The notes beneath the pieces were generated by a model, which worked only from the letters and a program-made list of their open reading frames with translations, searched no databases and was not told the DNA's origin. DNA of 64,000 nt from Geosiphon pyriformis uo1. Lineage: Eukaryota > Fungi > Glomeromycota. Below are positions 25,890-38,663 of this stretch, piece after piece (position 1 is the first letter of the stretch; every line of letters starts with the position of its first letter). The stretch lies in the NCBI GenBank assembly GCA_016748015.1, contig JAAOMT010000230.1, positions 62,001 through 126,000 on the forward strand, written 5' to 3'. Position numbers and translations under genes: made by a program.

Positions 25890-26750
25890 TGTTACTCATA
25901 GAAATATAGAAAATATATTAGCATGATTATTAGCCAATCAGAAGTAGGCGTAGTAAATGTGGAATTCCAAGATTCCTCTTAGGAATTGCAGGATTCTAGG
26001 AATTTCAGGATTCCCCAATGAGGAATTGCAGAATTCCAGAATTCCAGAATTCCTCTCAAAGGAATTGCAGGATTCCAGGAATTGCAGGATTCCTGTCATG
26101 AAGAATCGAGGAATTGAGGAATCTCAATTATGTATATATAGCAACAGGATTAGAAGCTGAAAAGACAGACCTCTTAGTTTAGATTTAATCTAAGCAAACC
26201 TCCAAATCACAAGCATCTAATAAATAACTATTTGTTATCTCAAACTCATTTCCACTATCAACACTTCATGTTGATAGTAATTAATACTTAACCACACTGA
26301 AACAATAGCTTTTGATCATGGCTATTGACAAAATACTAACTTGCAAATTACCTTGGCTTATTTCTTTCTTTCTTTATTTTATTTTATTTTCTTTATTTTC
26401 TTGCTTTGATTTTATTGTTGTTTACTAACTCTATTGAGGATTAATGCATGGGGCACTGATGTCAGGATAAATGTGACTGGTAAAAGACCCAGAAATAAGA
26501 GTAAAACACTTGATTGAGGATAGCTTACCAGGAGGAATACTGGCCATCAAGCTGAGAAAGAAATTGACAAAACTGCAGTTTCGGAAAGCTACAGATAAAA
26601 CTATCATCATTGAATCTCTGTCCATTATACAAAGAACTCAACCAAACCCTTCAGATACCAAACCTTCAGATCATTGACAACGAAAATAGCTTTGAGCACC
26701 AAGTTACAGGTTCATATTTAATTCAACACCAGAGATTGTTATCTGTAACA
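25890..26750 (+). mobile_element. Solo LTR, family A
   Basis: TGTTACTCATAG...CTGTAACA; TSD ATGT/ATGC; CCAAT 25934, GGAATTCC array, TATATATA 26133. Confidence 0.93.
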
Positions 26751-29700
26751 ATGCTTAGATTTGATTGTTTTGCTAAAAAATGGTCAAATTTGAATAATAG
26801 TAAAGCTTTTAAGATCATGGACATAATTTAGAACAATAAGAAATTAATGAATGTTTTTAAACATTTGTTAATAATTCAAAAAAATATAAAAAATTCAAGC
26901 TTTATAAGTCAAAATTAGCTGAAAAAGCATTTGTTAAGAAGACAATCAAAAAGTACATAGAAAGTTTTTGTTTTAATAAAAAAGATATAATAAAAAGTAT
27001 TTTAGATTGGTCTTTTTGCAAGATAGTTTTGAATTATTTTGTGGTAGAAAGTAAGTTGATTTTGGAACCAGAAGAGATAAAACTTAGTGTTAATAAGATT
27101 ATGAAAAATTAAACAAAGAAATAAACTGTATCTTAAATAATGCTTGATTTATGGATTTGCTAATATGCATTTTTAAATTATGTAAATAATAATGCTTTTT
27201 CTAATATAATAAAAGGGATCAGTATAAGAAAATTGCTTTTGGTAATTAATAATCTGCCTAATGACAAAGCTGCTGGTTTGTTTGGCATTTTTAATAAACT
27301 TTGGAAATATGATGATAATAATGTAATAGAGTGTTTTTTGAATTTGTTAAATACATGTTTGTTTTTTGGTAGTGTTTTAATTTTGTGGAAAAGAGCTTGG
27401 GTCTTGATAATCTTCAAATTTTATGATTAAAATAGAGTTTTGATAAACATCTGACTTATTGCTTTAATTGAAATGGCCAGAAAAATTTTCTTTAAAGTTC
27501 TATCTGATTAAATTTTGTTTACATGTAGCAAGTATAGTATTTTCTATGATAATAATTTTTCTGTTCTAAAAAGCACATCTATTTAGTTTTTTGTATTTAC
27601 TGTTGGATTAGTAATTAAAGATGCTTTAAAAAAAAATAAAAAACTTTAGTTAGTTCTGTAGAATATGCACAAAGCATATAACTTAGTTGATTGACACCAC
27701 TTGAAAGCTAGCTTGTAATGGATCAAAATATACAACAGATTTATAAAATTTTTTGGCAGTATACATAAGGATAAAGTTAATAAAATAATAATTGATTTTG
27801 GCTCTTGGGTAATTACAAAGTACATAATGAATTAAATCAAAGTAAAATCTTTTTATCTCTCTTTTGGAGAATTTTTTATGATTCACTTTTGTTTGAGGTT
27901 AAAAAACATGAACATTTATGTGAATATTAGATTGATACTAAGTTTGTAATAAAATGTCATCTTTTTTTGTTATTGGCACATTTGTGGATAATATAATTTG
28001 GGTTAAGGATTGTTAAGCTTCTATACAATATGCTTTGGATATTGTTAGTGAATTTTTTTTAATCAATAATATTTCTATTAATAATAAAAAAACTGTGGTT
28101 ATTTCTATCAATCAAAGTATTAAAGTTGTCTCTTTGAAAATCAATAGCCTACTAATTTTAATAACCAAGAAGAGTAAAACTTACAGATATTTGGGGATTT
28201 TTTTGTCAACTGAGAGATTGTCCAAGCCAAGTTTGACCAAGATTTATTCTGATGTCTAATTCTTTGTTAATGTGGTTTTCAGAAAAATTATTATGAATAA
28301 ACAGTTCTTGTATTTGGTGTTAGCTATTTTGCAATTTATAATTAGTTATAGAATTTAGTTTAGTTTTGTCTTGTCAAGTGTGTATTACAAATGGAATATT
28401 ATAATTAGAAAAGATCTCAAGTCTAAAGCCTGTTTGCTATGTAATTTTCTTAGTGAAACTTTATATTATCTTTTTTTATATGGTTTAAAACTGTTTGAGC
28501 AAATGCAGTTTAAAAAAAAATTAGCTGCATTAATTATCTTTTCTAATGCTTTAGACATTTTTAAACATTTATTTAATTACAGATTCTTAAATTTGCAGAT
28601 TTTAAGTTGGGCTTTTTTGAATTTTTTGCAATTTTTTATCAAGTTATATGTTAATTCAATAAACAATTTTTTGGTTGAAGTGGTAAAAATTTTTTTGGAC
28701 TTTAAGTTGTCTTTAATAAACAATTTGCCCAATATATTTTATAATTCTGATAAGTTTTTAATGTTGGTTATTTTAGGGCAATTTTTGTATCTTAGTTCAA
28801 TTTATTTTTTTAAGTAGTTTAAAATTGTATTTTATGATAGACTTTTAGATAAAAAAAACAATATAATAGACTGAAAAACTTTTTACTAATAGAAAAAATT
28901 ATATTTTAAAGACTTTGTATCTTATTGGTTTAAAGTACATCAAGATTTTTGCATAATAAAGATTCTTTATTGGTTGATTTGGCTGAAAAAAATCAGTTAT
29001 CTGGCTTGAAAATTTTGAAATCAAGAAAGTTTTTTAATGTGTAAAGTTGTTTATATAAAATTTGGTCTGGCTTTATAGAAATTTATACAGATGGGTCTTT
29101 AAAAAATACTGGTTTTACTAATATTGCTAATAAAACTACTGCTTATTTTTTAGCTATAGATATAAATATTAGTATCAAAATGCATAGACTTCTGTCTTTT
29201 ACTATGGCAAATTATAGGCTGTTGCTTTATTTTTAGAGTGTGTTCTATTTTTTTATATAGTAATTTTGTATTTAGATAGCCAACTTACTATTGATATATG
29301 TGCATCTAAAATATTGTTACAGTTAAAACTCATAGTTTTTATTAGTTATTACATGTATTAGCCACTAATGACATATAATTAGCCACCCTATTTTTAAATA
29401 GTGATTATTGACCTGATCAATGACCTGACCATTAACCTGATCATTGACCTGGTCATTGACCACTTTCAATAGATATATAAGTGATGAGTCTCTTAGTTGT
29501 AGAAAAATATCAATGTAAGGAATCAAGACAATCAAAGAAATAAAATAACAAACTTCCATCTCAAACATTCTCTTATCACTAATTTCTCTTTCCCTACCTT
29601 CAAGTATCTGAACATTTTTTGGATAAAAGATTACTTGTTGGCAATTCTTGAAATGTGTAATTGCAGTATTTGAAGATTATTTGAATAAATGTGACTGAAG

Positions 29701-30040
29701 AGCACAAGTTGATACCTGATATTAAATTCTAAGAGTGCTGACGTAAGGCATAGAATTTTACCAGCAGTTATCAATTGTTAACAGTACAGACTATCTCTCT
29801 ACCTTCAGATTCCCTTGTTACTTTTTGAAAAGAATAGTGACTGAAATATTTTATGAGACTAATCTCACATATTAAATTCATATTCATTTAATTTGCTCAT
29901 TAAAGTTGAATTCCTTTTGATTATTTCCATCACTCTACAATTCTGTTCTCCCTTGCTATCCATTAGCTTATTACTCCAACCCATAACATAAAAGTGGTGC
30001 TCCCTGTAAGGTTGTCAAAATTTACTTATTTCCTTATTGT

Positions 30041-33000
30041 ATGGGTGATTATTTATACTTGCCACAGCAATCAGAAGAACACTTTGCAGCACACAACAGA
30101 AGCAACCTAGAGTTTATTGAACTCAATTCTCTGCCCTTCTGCTTGATCTGTTTTTCTGTTGAAAAACAATCTAGTAGACAATTCCAAGACTTTTGGAACT
30201 GGTTCCTGAATGAGCATTCAGCTGAAATCTACACAACTTATACAACCTATTACTTTAATCAAGCTTATTTTGAAGATGACTTTGAAGAAAGAAACAACAG
30301 TATCAATCAGCTCTTATATTCTACAACTTTTGAACAACAGCCCCCTGATTTCGAATATCTGAATCATCAAATTCACATTTGGATTGCTGCCCATCAATCA
30401 ACAGTAACTCTTCTTGAAACAGAAGAAGAAAGCTACCAAACAGCCCCTATTTTTGATCTCTTCTTAAGTGAATCAGAGCACTCCACACAAACAGTAACTC
30501 CTGAACCAATGGCCCAAGATCCAATACAAGCAAACATCCTGGCTGCCCTCCAAGACATATAAACTGCTTTGGGACAAAGAAACAACACTCCACTACTATT
30601 ATTCAGAGGTGATACACAAGATCCAATTGAATGGTTGGATGACTTTAAAAGAGCTGCTACAGCCAACCAATACGATGATGAGTACAAGTTTCAAATTGTT
30701 GGTGGCTATCTCTAAGGCTCTCTTGCTACCTGGTTCTTACAAGAAACTGATGCTAATGCCCATCAAAGAATCATTAGATGAATGCTAGCAAATGCCAGAG
30801 AAAACAACACCTCTTTCACAACCCAGTTTGAAAACAAGTTCAAAACCCCAATCTTGATATCCAAGTGACACATAGAATTAGAAAGAAGAACTCAAGGCCC
30901 TGGTGAAATTGTAACTAAATATGCTAAAGCAATCAGAAAGTTAATCAAGTGTGTAGATTTTAGAAGAAATTGGACAGAAGAGCAAAAGATTCATTTCTTC
31001 ACAAAAGGATTGAGAACCAATTTATCTTATGCTCTTTGGCCTCTTTTGGCTCTGAAAAACAATTCTACAATGAACATGGCTATTGAACTTGCCCAATAAA
31101 TTGAAGACAACCAAAGAATACATTTGGAATCTACACTTCTAGTTTTTGCTCCTGCTTCTGTCATGGCTCTTGCCTCTCAAATGACTGCTGCCTCTTTTGC
31201 TGCCTAAACTCAAAATCCAAATGAACAATTAATTGATAAACTCACAGCCAATCTTGCCCAGTTATTAGAACCTTTGGCACAAGCAGTTAGAGATAACCAA
31301 CAACCACAAAGACCCAAATATGAATCATGTTTTAATCAGTTCTAGCAACCTCCTTATCAAAGACAGCAAAATTGTGGTCCTCTTGTATATTATAGATGTG
31401 GATTAACTGAACATTTCTCAAGAGATTGCAAGAATCCTCCTTTACCTTCTCCAGTTTCCAGAAATAATGACAATTAAAACAATAGACCTATCAACAATAA
31501 TGCTCTCAATCAAAAACCCAACCATACCAACATCAATTTTTTTGGAGAGGATCCTTTAGTTAAAGCCACAGTCTATTAGTCTTTAAACTGATAAGTGCAT
31601 CTCCAAAGAGTGAGAGTGCAAGCCAACTAGAAGAAAACCCTTTTTTCACTTTTAACTTAACTAATAATAACCATGACATGGATGAATTAGCAATTAACAC
31701 TTCTGAATCAACCAGAAAAAAGAGAAAAGCCAAGGTTGATTTCGTTCTAGATCCCAACAAAGTCTCAACTTCTACTGCTGATAACAATGAGCCACCAAAA
31801 GCCAAAGTTTTTAAGAACTCTCCAAAGTTGGAACCCTCAGAAATTGTACAAAAATCTGAACCCTATTCTGTTGTCAAAGATCTCATGGAAACCCCAGCAC
31901 ATATTACCTTTGGCCAGTTAATAACCCATCCACAGTTCAGAAAAAATCTCCACAAATCTCTAATTCCCAAGAAAAAAACACCAAAGACCAATAAACACTC
32001 TCGCCAAGCTAGACTTGCTAACAACAGCAATGTCACTCCTCTAATTTGCAAAGCACAAGTGGCTGGTTACTTCATTGACTTGATCCTAGACAGTGGATCA
32101 TCTGTTAGTGTAATTGCCAAACACTTCCTTGAAGCAATTGGCAGAAAAATTGATAAGCCTTCCACCCAACCAATGACCAACATACATGGTGACAAGAAAA
32201 AAGGTCTAGGCATTGCCAAAGCTATTCCTGTCCACATCAATGGCATCAGTATTGAAACTGACATGGAAGTTTTTGAAGCTAAAAAATACACCATCATTGT
32301 TGGCAATGAGTGGTTTAAGAAAACAAAAGCCTTACTTGACTATGAACTTTGTGAGCTAACCATAAGATGTGGTAAAAAACCCATTGTGGTTAAATGTTAC
32401 CATTGGACAACTCCTCCAGCAACCAAACAAAATCAAGAAGATGAGCAATCAGAAGAATCAGATGATAAAGAGAGTGATGAAAAAAATGAACAAGAAAAAC
32501 AAAAAGAAACTACTGAACTCACTTACACTATCTTTATTAGCAATAGCAAGCCACTAGATAATGTTAAAGCTGATAGAGAGGGAATCATTGTAAATGGCAA
32601 GCTGATCTGCTGGCCCTACTATGATATTCTAAGAAGAACCTTTGACCAAAAGCCTGGCAAGAAAGCCAAATACAGTTATTGGTGGCATGGCCCTTGTGCC
32701 CAGTGCTGGTGCAATCAACTCTTGTATTCTCCAAATGATGAATGCAAATCATGCCTGATCTATTACAAAAATTGGGAACCAATTAGCCTAATACCAAGAA
32801 ATGAATTAAAAGAAGTACAGAAGTCCTTTGAGAATGAACCACCTAAGATTCAATTATTAGTAGTAAAACAAAGAGAACCCTTCTCAGAAGAAAAAAAGAT
32901 AGACATTAAAAATCTGTTGGCAAGAAACAGTCCAGTTATCTCAAAAAAAGGTAATACTCTAGGATGAACCCATGTGATACAACACACTATTACCACCAGA

Positions 33001-34275
33001 GAAACTCATCCTATCCATTTGAAGTCTTATCAGTCCAATTGTCACAATGATGAGTTTATCAAGAAAGAGATAAACCACATGAAAGAATTTGGATTTATAC
33101 AAGAAACCAAGAGTAAATGGGCTTTTCCAGTTGTAGTGGTATTCAAGAAAAGTGGAACCCTATGCTTCTGTATTGACTACTACCAATTAAATGTCATCAC
33201 TGAAAGAGACATGTACCCACTTCCCAAGATTGATGCAATGCCAGACCAATTCAAAGATGCTGCTTTCTTTTTAACCATTGATTTAACTGTTGGATTCTGA
33301 CAAATAGAGATGGATCCAGAAAGCCGGAAAAAAACTGCCTTTATCACCAAGTATAGCACCTATGAATTCACAGTCATGCCTTTTGGTCTTACCAATGCTC
33401 CTCCCACCTTTCAATGCTTAATGAATAAAGTATTTGAATCAGTGAAAAAAAACTTTGTTCTGGTCTATCTGGACGATATAATGGTGTACTCAAAAACCTG
33501 GGATGAACACCTTAAACATTTGCAAAAGGTTTTTGATCTTCTCAGAAATACAGATCTCAAAATCAACCCAATCAAATCTTTCTTTGGAAGACAATCCACC
33601 CAATTCTTTGGCCATCTTATTACAAAAGATGGAATCTTTTCTGATCCAGCCAAAGTAGAAAAAGTTCAAAACATAAGACAACCAATGAATATTCATGAGT
33701 TATATTTTTTTCTTGGTTTGGCCTCTTATTATTGCAAATTTGTTAAGGATTTCTCCAAAATTGCCTCTCCACTCAATCAGCTACTCAGAAAAAATGTCAA
33801 CTACTATTGGAGCACATATTAGCAGAAAGCATTTGAAATCTTCAAAGAAAAATTGGTTACAGAACCTATTCTCAAGCAACCTGATCTGAATCAACCTTTT
33901 ATCCTTCACATTGATGCATCTGGTTATGAACTTGGTGTTGTTCTCTCACAAAAAGATGAAGATAGCAAGGAACATACAATAGCCTATGCCAGTAGAACTC
34001 TTACACCAGCAGAAAAGAACTATTCAGTTACTGAGCAGGAATGCTTAGCAGTAGTTTGGGCTACTAGCTACTGGAATAAGTATTTTCTTGGTGTGAAGTT
34101 TTTGGTAGTAACAGATCACCAAGCTTTGGTTTGGCTGTGCAACAAAAAAAGACTAGAACATAAATGGATAGCCTGCTGGATACTCCACTTAGATGAATTT
34201 GACTATAATATTTAACACCATAAAGGAGCTAATCATTAAAATGCTGATGCTTTTTCCAAATTTACCATCAAATGA
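30041..34275 (+). pseudogene. Copy D gag-PR-RT-RNase H polyprotein (many C>T/G>A stops)
   Basis: LILDSGSS protease, WWHGPCAQCWC..CKSC, MPFGLTNAP, YLDD, IDAS, EQECLAVVW, TDH, NADAFSK; TGA at 34273-34275. Confidence 0.9.
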
Positions 34276-34339
34276 CAGTACAACCTTCCAAACCAAACCA
34301 ACCTAATTATTAGTAATTCTTTTACAACCAAACACGATA

Positions 34340-35625
34340 ATAGACTTGAACAACTACTCTGCCTTAATAGAATTTTTGGGTAAAGAACAATACCCACCAG
34401 AATACACTTAACAGCAAAAAGAACATTTGCACAAACAATCAAATTTTTATTTAATCCACCAGAACCAATTATACAAAAGAAATAAAAAAAATTCTGACTG
34501 CCCCCAGAGAGTCATAAGATTTAAAGAAAAAGAAATTGTGATCTACAACATGCATACTGATCCATTAGCTGGACACTTTAGAAAAACAAAAACAATTTAG
34601 AAAATTCTAGCTTGCTATTATTGGCCTATCTTGGGAAAAGACATTACTGAATATATCAAAATCTGTAATACCTGCCAAAAAAGAAGAAAATCCAATCACA
34701 AAGAAAACATCTATCCAATCTCTGTTGGCCAATCCTTTAACAGAATTGGTATAGATGTTATTGGACCATTAACAGTAACTCCTAATGGCAACAGATACAT
34801 TATCACAGCTATTGACTATCTTACAAAGTGAGTAGAAGCAAGAGCCACCCCAGATCAAACAGCAGTTTCCATTGCTAATTTCATTTATGAAGATATCATT
34901 TGTTGTCATAGCTGCCCCAAAAAACTTTTATCTGATAGAAAAAGAGCTTTTCTTAGTACACTGGTTAAAGAACTTTGTAGAAAAATAGGAATATGTCACA
35001 AACTTTCTTTCCCTTATTACCCCCAAACAAATAGTCTAGTAGAATGTTTCAATAGAATACTGTGTAAAACCTTAGCCAAAACAAGTAAAGAAACAAACTT
35101 ATGGGACAAAATACTGCCTTCAGCTTTGTTTGCTTATAAAACTGTGAATCATGACATAACAAGTTATAAACCCTTTTTCCTGCTTTATGGACAAATAACA
35201 ACACTACTAATAGAAACTGATATTAAGACAATACTCTTTGAAGAAATTACAATAGGAAATTACAAAGACATTTTGCAAAGAAGACTTGGTACCATTCTTG
35301 ACTTATTGGTAGAGGCATGGATAATTGCCTTTAAAAAGATAAAACAGTTCCAAGAGAAGCTTAAGAAAAAAAAAATCTATAAAACACTTTCCTTAAGCAT
35401 TGGTGACTTGGTTTTGGAATACTGTTCAGACAAAAACAATGTTTATAGTGATAAATTCTTTAGCCGATGAAAAGGACCCTTTATAGTCAACAAAGTTCTG
35501 AACAATAGTTCTTATATTTTTCAAAATTAATCTGAAACAATCTTTAATGATTGTTCTATTCATGGCACATAACTCAAGAAATATCACAAATGATCTGATT
35601 GGTTATCTGTTGTGGTAATACTGAC
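34340..35625 (+). pseudogene. Copy D integrase
   Basis: H..GHF..CNTC, IDVIGP, SD, PQTNSLVE, GPF; begins in a different frame from RNase H. Confidence 0.88.
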
Positions 35626-35694
35626 CCAAATAATCAGCAAAAATCAGATATAAATAAATGCACTACTCCCAAAACAGAGGTATCTTTAATCAAC

Positions 35695-36351
35695 ATGAAC
35701 AATTATTTTCTGGATCAAAACATTTAAAATGCTTTCTATACTCTTCATAAGTATTGGATTAAAAACTATTCAAATGCTACTCTGACCATTGGAAAACAAA
35801 CTACAATAACTGACAACAATAGAACACATACTGTTATCAGACCAAAGAAAACAACTACCAGAAGAAAAAAAATTGGTAGCAAAATAGATAAGTATTTGCT
35901 AGAAAGTATAACAGCAACAATACTTATATCTTCTATTACAATTGGAAAAACAATTAAAAAAATCTTGCCCATAGACAAAAACTTGTCATATGAAAGACAA
36001 TTAGAACTCTATGGTTACCTTGGTGAAATCATAGAAGACATAAAGCTTATGAAGAAAACAACTTCTGAGATACAAGTGGAAATTTTGAATATTGTATGAT
36101 TAGATATTCCAAGCATTTTGACCATTGCAAGAAGAGCCAAAATTCTTATACAAAGATTTGGTCTCTTGGACACAAAGCTCATTTTGCCTTAAGTTTTATA
36201 TACCTTATCCACAAAAAATTTCAACAAACTAGTTAGTTTTGAGTTAGATAAAACTCTTCAAATAGAGTATCCCCTAAATAGTTTGATTTTGCCGGAGCTC
36301 AATCTCTTTGGAGAGGATAATGTTACAGTTGAAACTCATAGTTTTTATTAG
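35695..36351 (+). pseudogene. Copy D ORF3 (unknown function), reads through the PPT into the 3' LTR
   Basis: MNNYFLDQNI..LYGYLGEII..IARRAKILIQRF..LSTKNFNKL..PELNLFGEDNVTV; homologous to ORF3 of C and E. Confidence 0.7.
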
Positions 36352-37943
36352 TTATCACATGTATTAGCCACTGATGTCATATAATTAGCCACCTTATTTT
36401 TAAATAGTGATCATTAATCTAGTCATTGATTACTTTCAATAGATATATAAGTGATGAGTCTCTTAGCTGTAGAAAAATATCAATGTAAGGAATCAAAACA
36501 ATCAAAGAAATAAAATAACAAACTTCCATCTCAAACATTCTCTTATCACTAATTTCTCTTTCCCTACTTTCAAGTATCTGAATATCTTTTGGATAAAAAA
36601 TTACTTGTTGGCACTTTCCTAAAATGTGTAATTGCAGTATTTGAAAATTATTTGAATAAATGTCACTAAAAAGCACAAGTTGATATCTGATATTAGATTC
36701 TAAGAGTGCCAATGTGAGACATAGAATTATACCAGCAGTTATCAATTGTTGACAGTACAGACTATTCCTCTACCTTTAGATTCCCTTGTTATCTTTTGAA
36801 AAGAATAGTGACTGAGATATTTTATAAGACTGATCTCGTACATTGAATCCATACTCATTCAATTTACTCATTGAAGTTGAATTCTCTTTGATTATTTTCA
36901 TCACCCTACAATCCTGTTCTTTTTTGCTATTCATTAGCTTATTACTCCAACTCATAACAATATTATTAACTGTACTTGATTTTTATAATCAATACTAGAT
37001 GGTGTTACCGGAGGTTTTTGGGGTCTCTTTTTTTGAATGTTGTTAATGCCTGTTTGCTGTGAATTTACGTTTTCTGGATGTGGTTGAACCTCTAATAACT
37101 GAATTTATCTTCAAATTATCTCCTATAATTTGAACTGCTGAGCTTATAAGTGGAATGGCCAATTCCGTGCCAGTTATTTTATGTAGTTACATTGTAGTAA
37201 ACATCAACTCTTTCCCAGGAATTGCTTGTCTGGAAGCTCACTAAAAATGTGTAGTTACTTTGCTGTAAAAGTCAACTCTTCTACAGGAATCCCGTCTGTA
37301 GGCTACCCTAATAATTATAATAAGAAAAATAAAAGAAAAGTAAAAAAATGTAAAAGAAATAAAATTCTGTCAAGGGAAACGTTTTCTATCCAAGCCTGGA
37401 GTTACTAACAGTTTACTGAAATTGGTAGCTAATCAATTTCAAACTGTTTAGTAGGAATTTGGTTAATTTCAAAAGGAAAATAATTAAGAATTTGATTTTT
37501 CAAATTATTTGATATTTATTTCGTTTTTGTGTGTAAAGGATGATTCTAGTTGTTAAATCTGAAGTAAGATATATTTTCTTGAAGAGGGAAGCTCTTCTTT
37601 TATACAACTTGTTGTAACACTATTCTATGAACTTGAACTTTGCTATTTTTTATAATTTTGCTGAACTAAAGTTATATTTTGGCAAACTACAAGTTATTTC
37701 TGCAAACTATTAGATATTTTGATGAACTATCAATTATTTCGGCGAATTCCTACAAATTTTGGTGAACTTTTTGAATGTTACATAGTTCGGGGTATTGCAT
37801 GATTGATCATCGCAATTAGGTTACATTTGTGTTATGTACAAATTGGGTTATTAATTAAATGATAATTTTGGATATTTTGCTAATGTAATAAGTAATAATT
37901 TGAAATGCTAATTAATGATAAGAATTATAAAGGTAATTTCATG

Positions 37944-38663
37944 CTAAGCAATATTTCTAATTTTGTCTGGTAATATAACCTCCTCCTCAAGACTGAGCTC
38001 CATCGAAGTCCAAGTACTATCTGTAATTTCCAGATAATAATCCAAAATTATTGAAGAAATTTGGTCTGAAAATTGTTGAAATTTCAGTTTTGTGAGCTTT
38101 CCAATGTATTGAATCTTCAAAGATTGTAAAATTGGGTTTTGTAGAACGTTTTCACAGGTGTGGAATAGGCCATAAAGTCTAAGAGCAGCTCTTAGTTTAT
38201 AATGACTGTTTGTAGGTCCCGCTGTTGTCTTGAATTTGTTGTAGAGTTGTTTCCAAATAGCTTCTTTTGTGAAATTTGCTGCTGTAAGCTCCTGTTTTTG
38301 TTCATGAAGTGTTTTTCCAATGTAGAAATATCTATATATTGAAGTATAGTTGTAGTTTTCTTTATTAAGACACAGTTGAAGTTTTTGTTGAATAGTAGCA
38401 TTTGGTGGAATACTAATGAGAGTGAACATTAAATTTTCTCTTAAGGCAAGCTTCAAGAGTTTTGGTAGATGAATTCCAGAATAACTTCTTGTGTTCTTTT
38501 TGTAAGGGTAATAATTTCGTGAATTTGGGGCTAAATTGGCAACTATTTCTGTTTGGGTATAATTAATATGTTTTTCTGTAATAGTGATAGATAATTCAGG
38601 TATTGTCTTTAAAACTAGCATTAGTTTTTGAGATATTTGTTGAATATTTTGAGGGATAGTCAT
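37944..38663 (-). CDS. Copy C ORF3, intact 239-aa protein of unknown function
   Basis: Uninterrupted ATG-started ORF between integrase and the 3' LTR; homologs in B, D and E. Confidence 0.8.
   Translation of the reverse strand: MTIPQNIQQISQKLMLVLKTIPELSITITEKHINYTQTEIVANLAPNSRNYYPYKKNTRSYSGIHLPKLLKLALRENLMFTLISIPPNATIQQKLQLCLNKENYNYTSIYRYFYIGKTLHEQKQELTAANFTKEAIWKQLYNKFKTTAGPTNSHYKLRAALRLYGLFHTCENVLQNPILQSLKIQYIGKLTKLKFQQFSDQISSIILDYYLEITDSTWTSMELSLEEEVILPDKIRNIA

Larger units (their letters stand above)
29315..36959 (+). mobile_element. Ty3/Gypsy LTR retrotransposon copy D (full length, decayed, no dUTPase)
   Basis: LTRs 29315-29988 and 36321-36959; perfect TSD ATAT/ATAT; PBS TGGTGCTCCCTGTAAGG 29995-30011; PPT GGAGAGGA 36310-36317. 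Confidence 0.94.

Noticed and set aside
37944-38663. ORF3 as an envelope gene
   Set aside because: No evident signal peptide, transmembrane segment or cleavage site, and too short.
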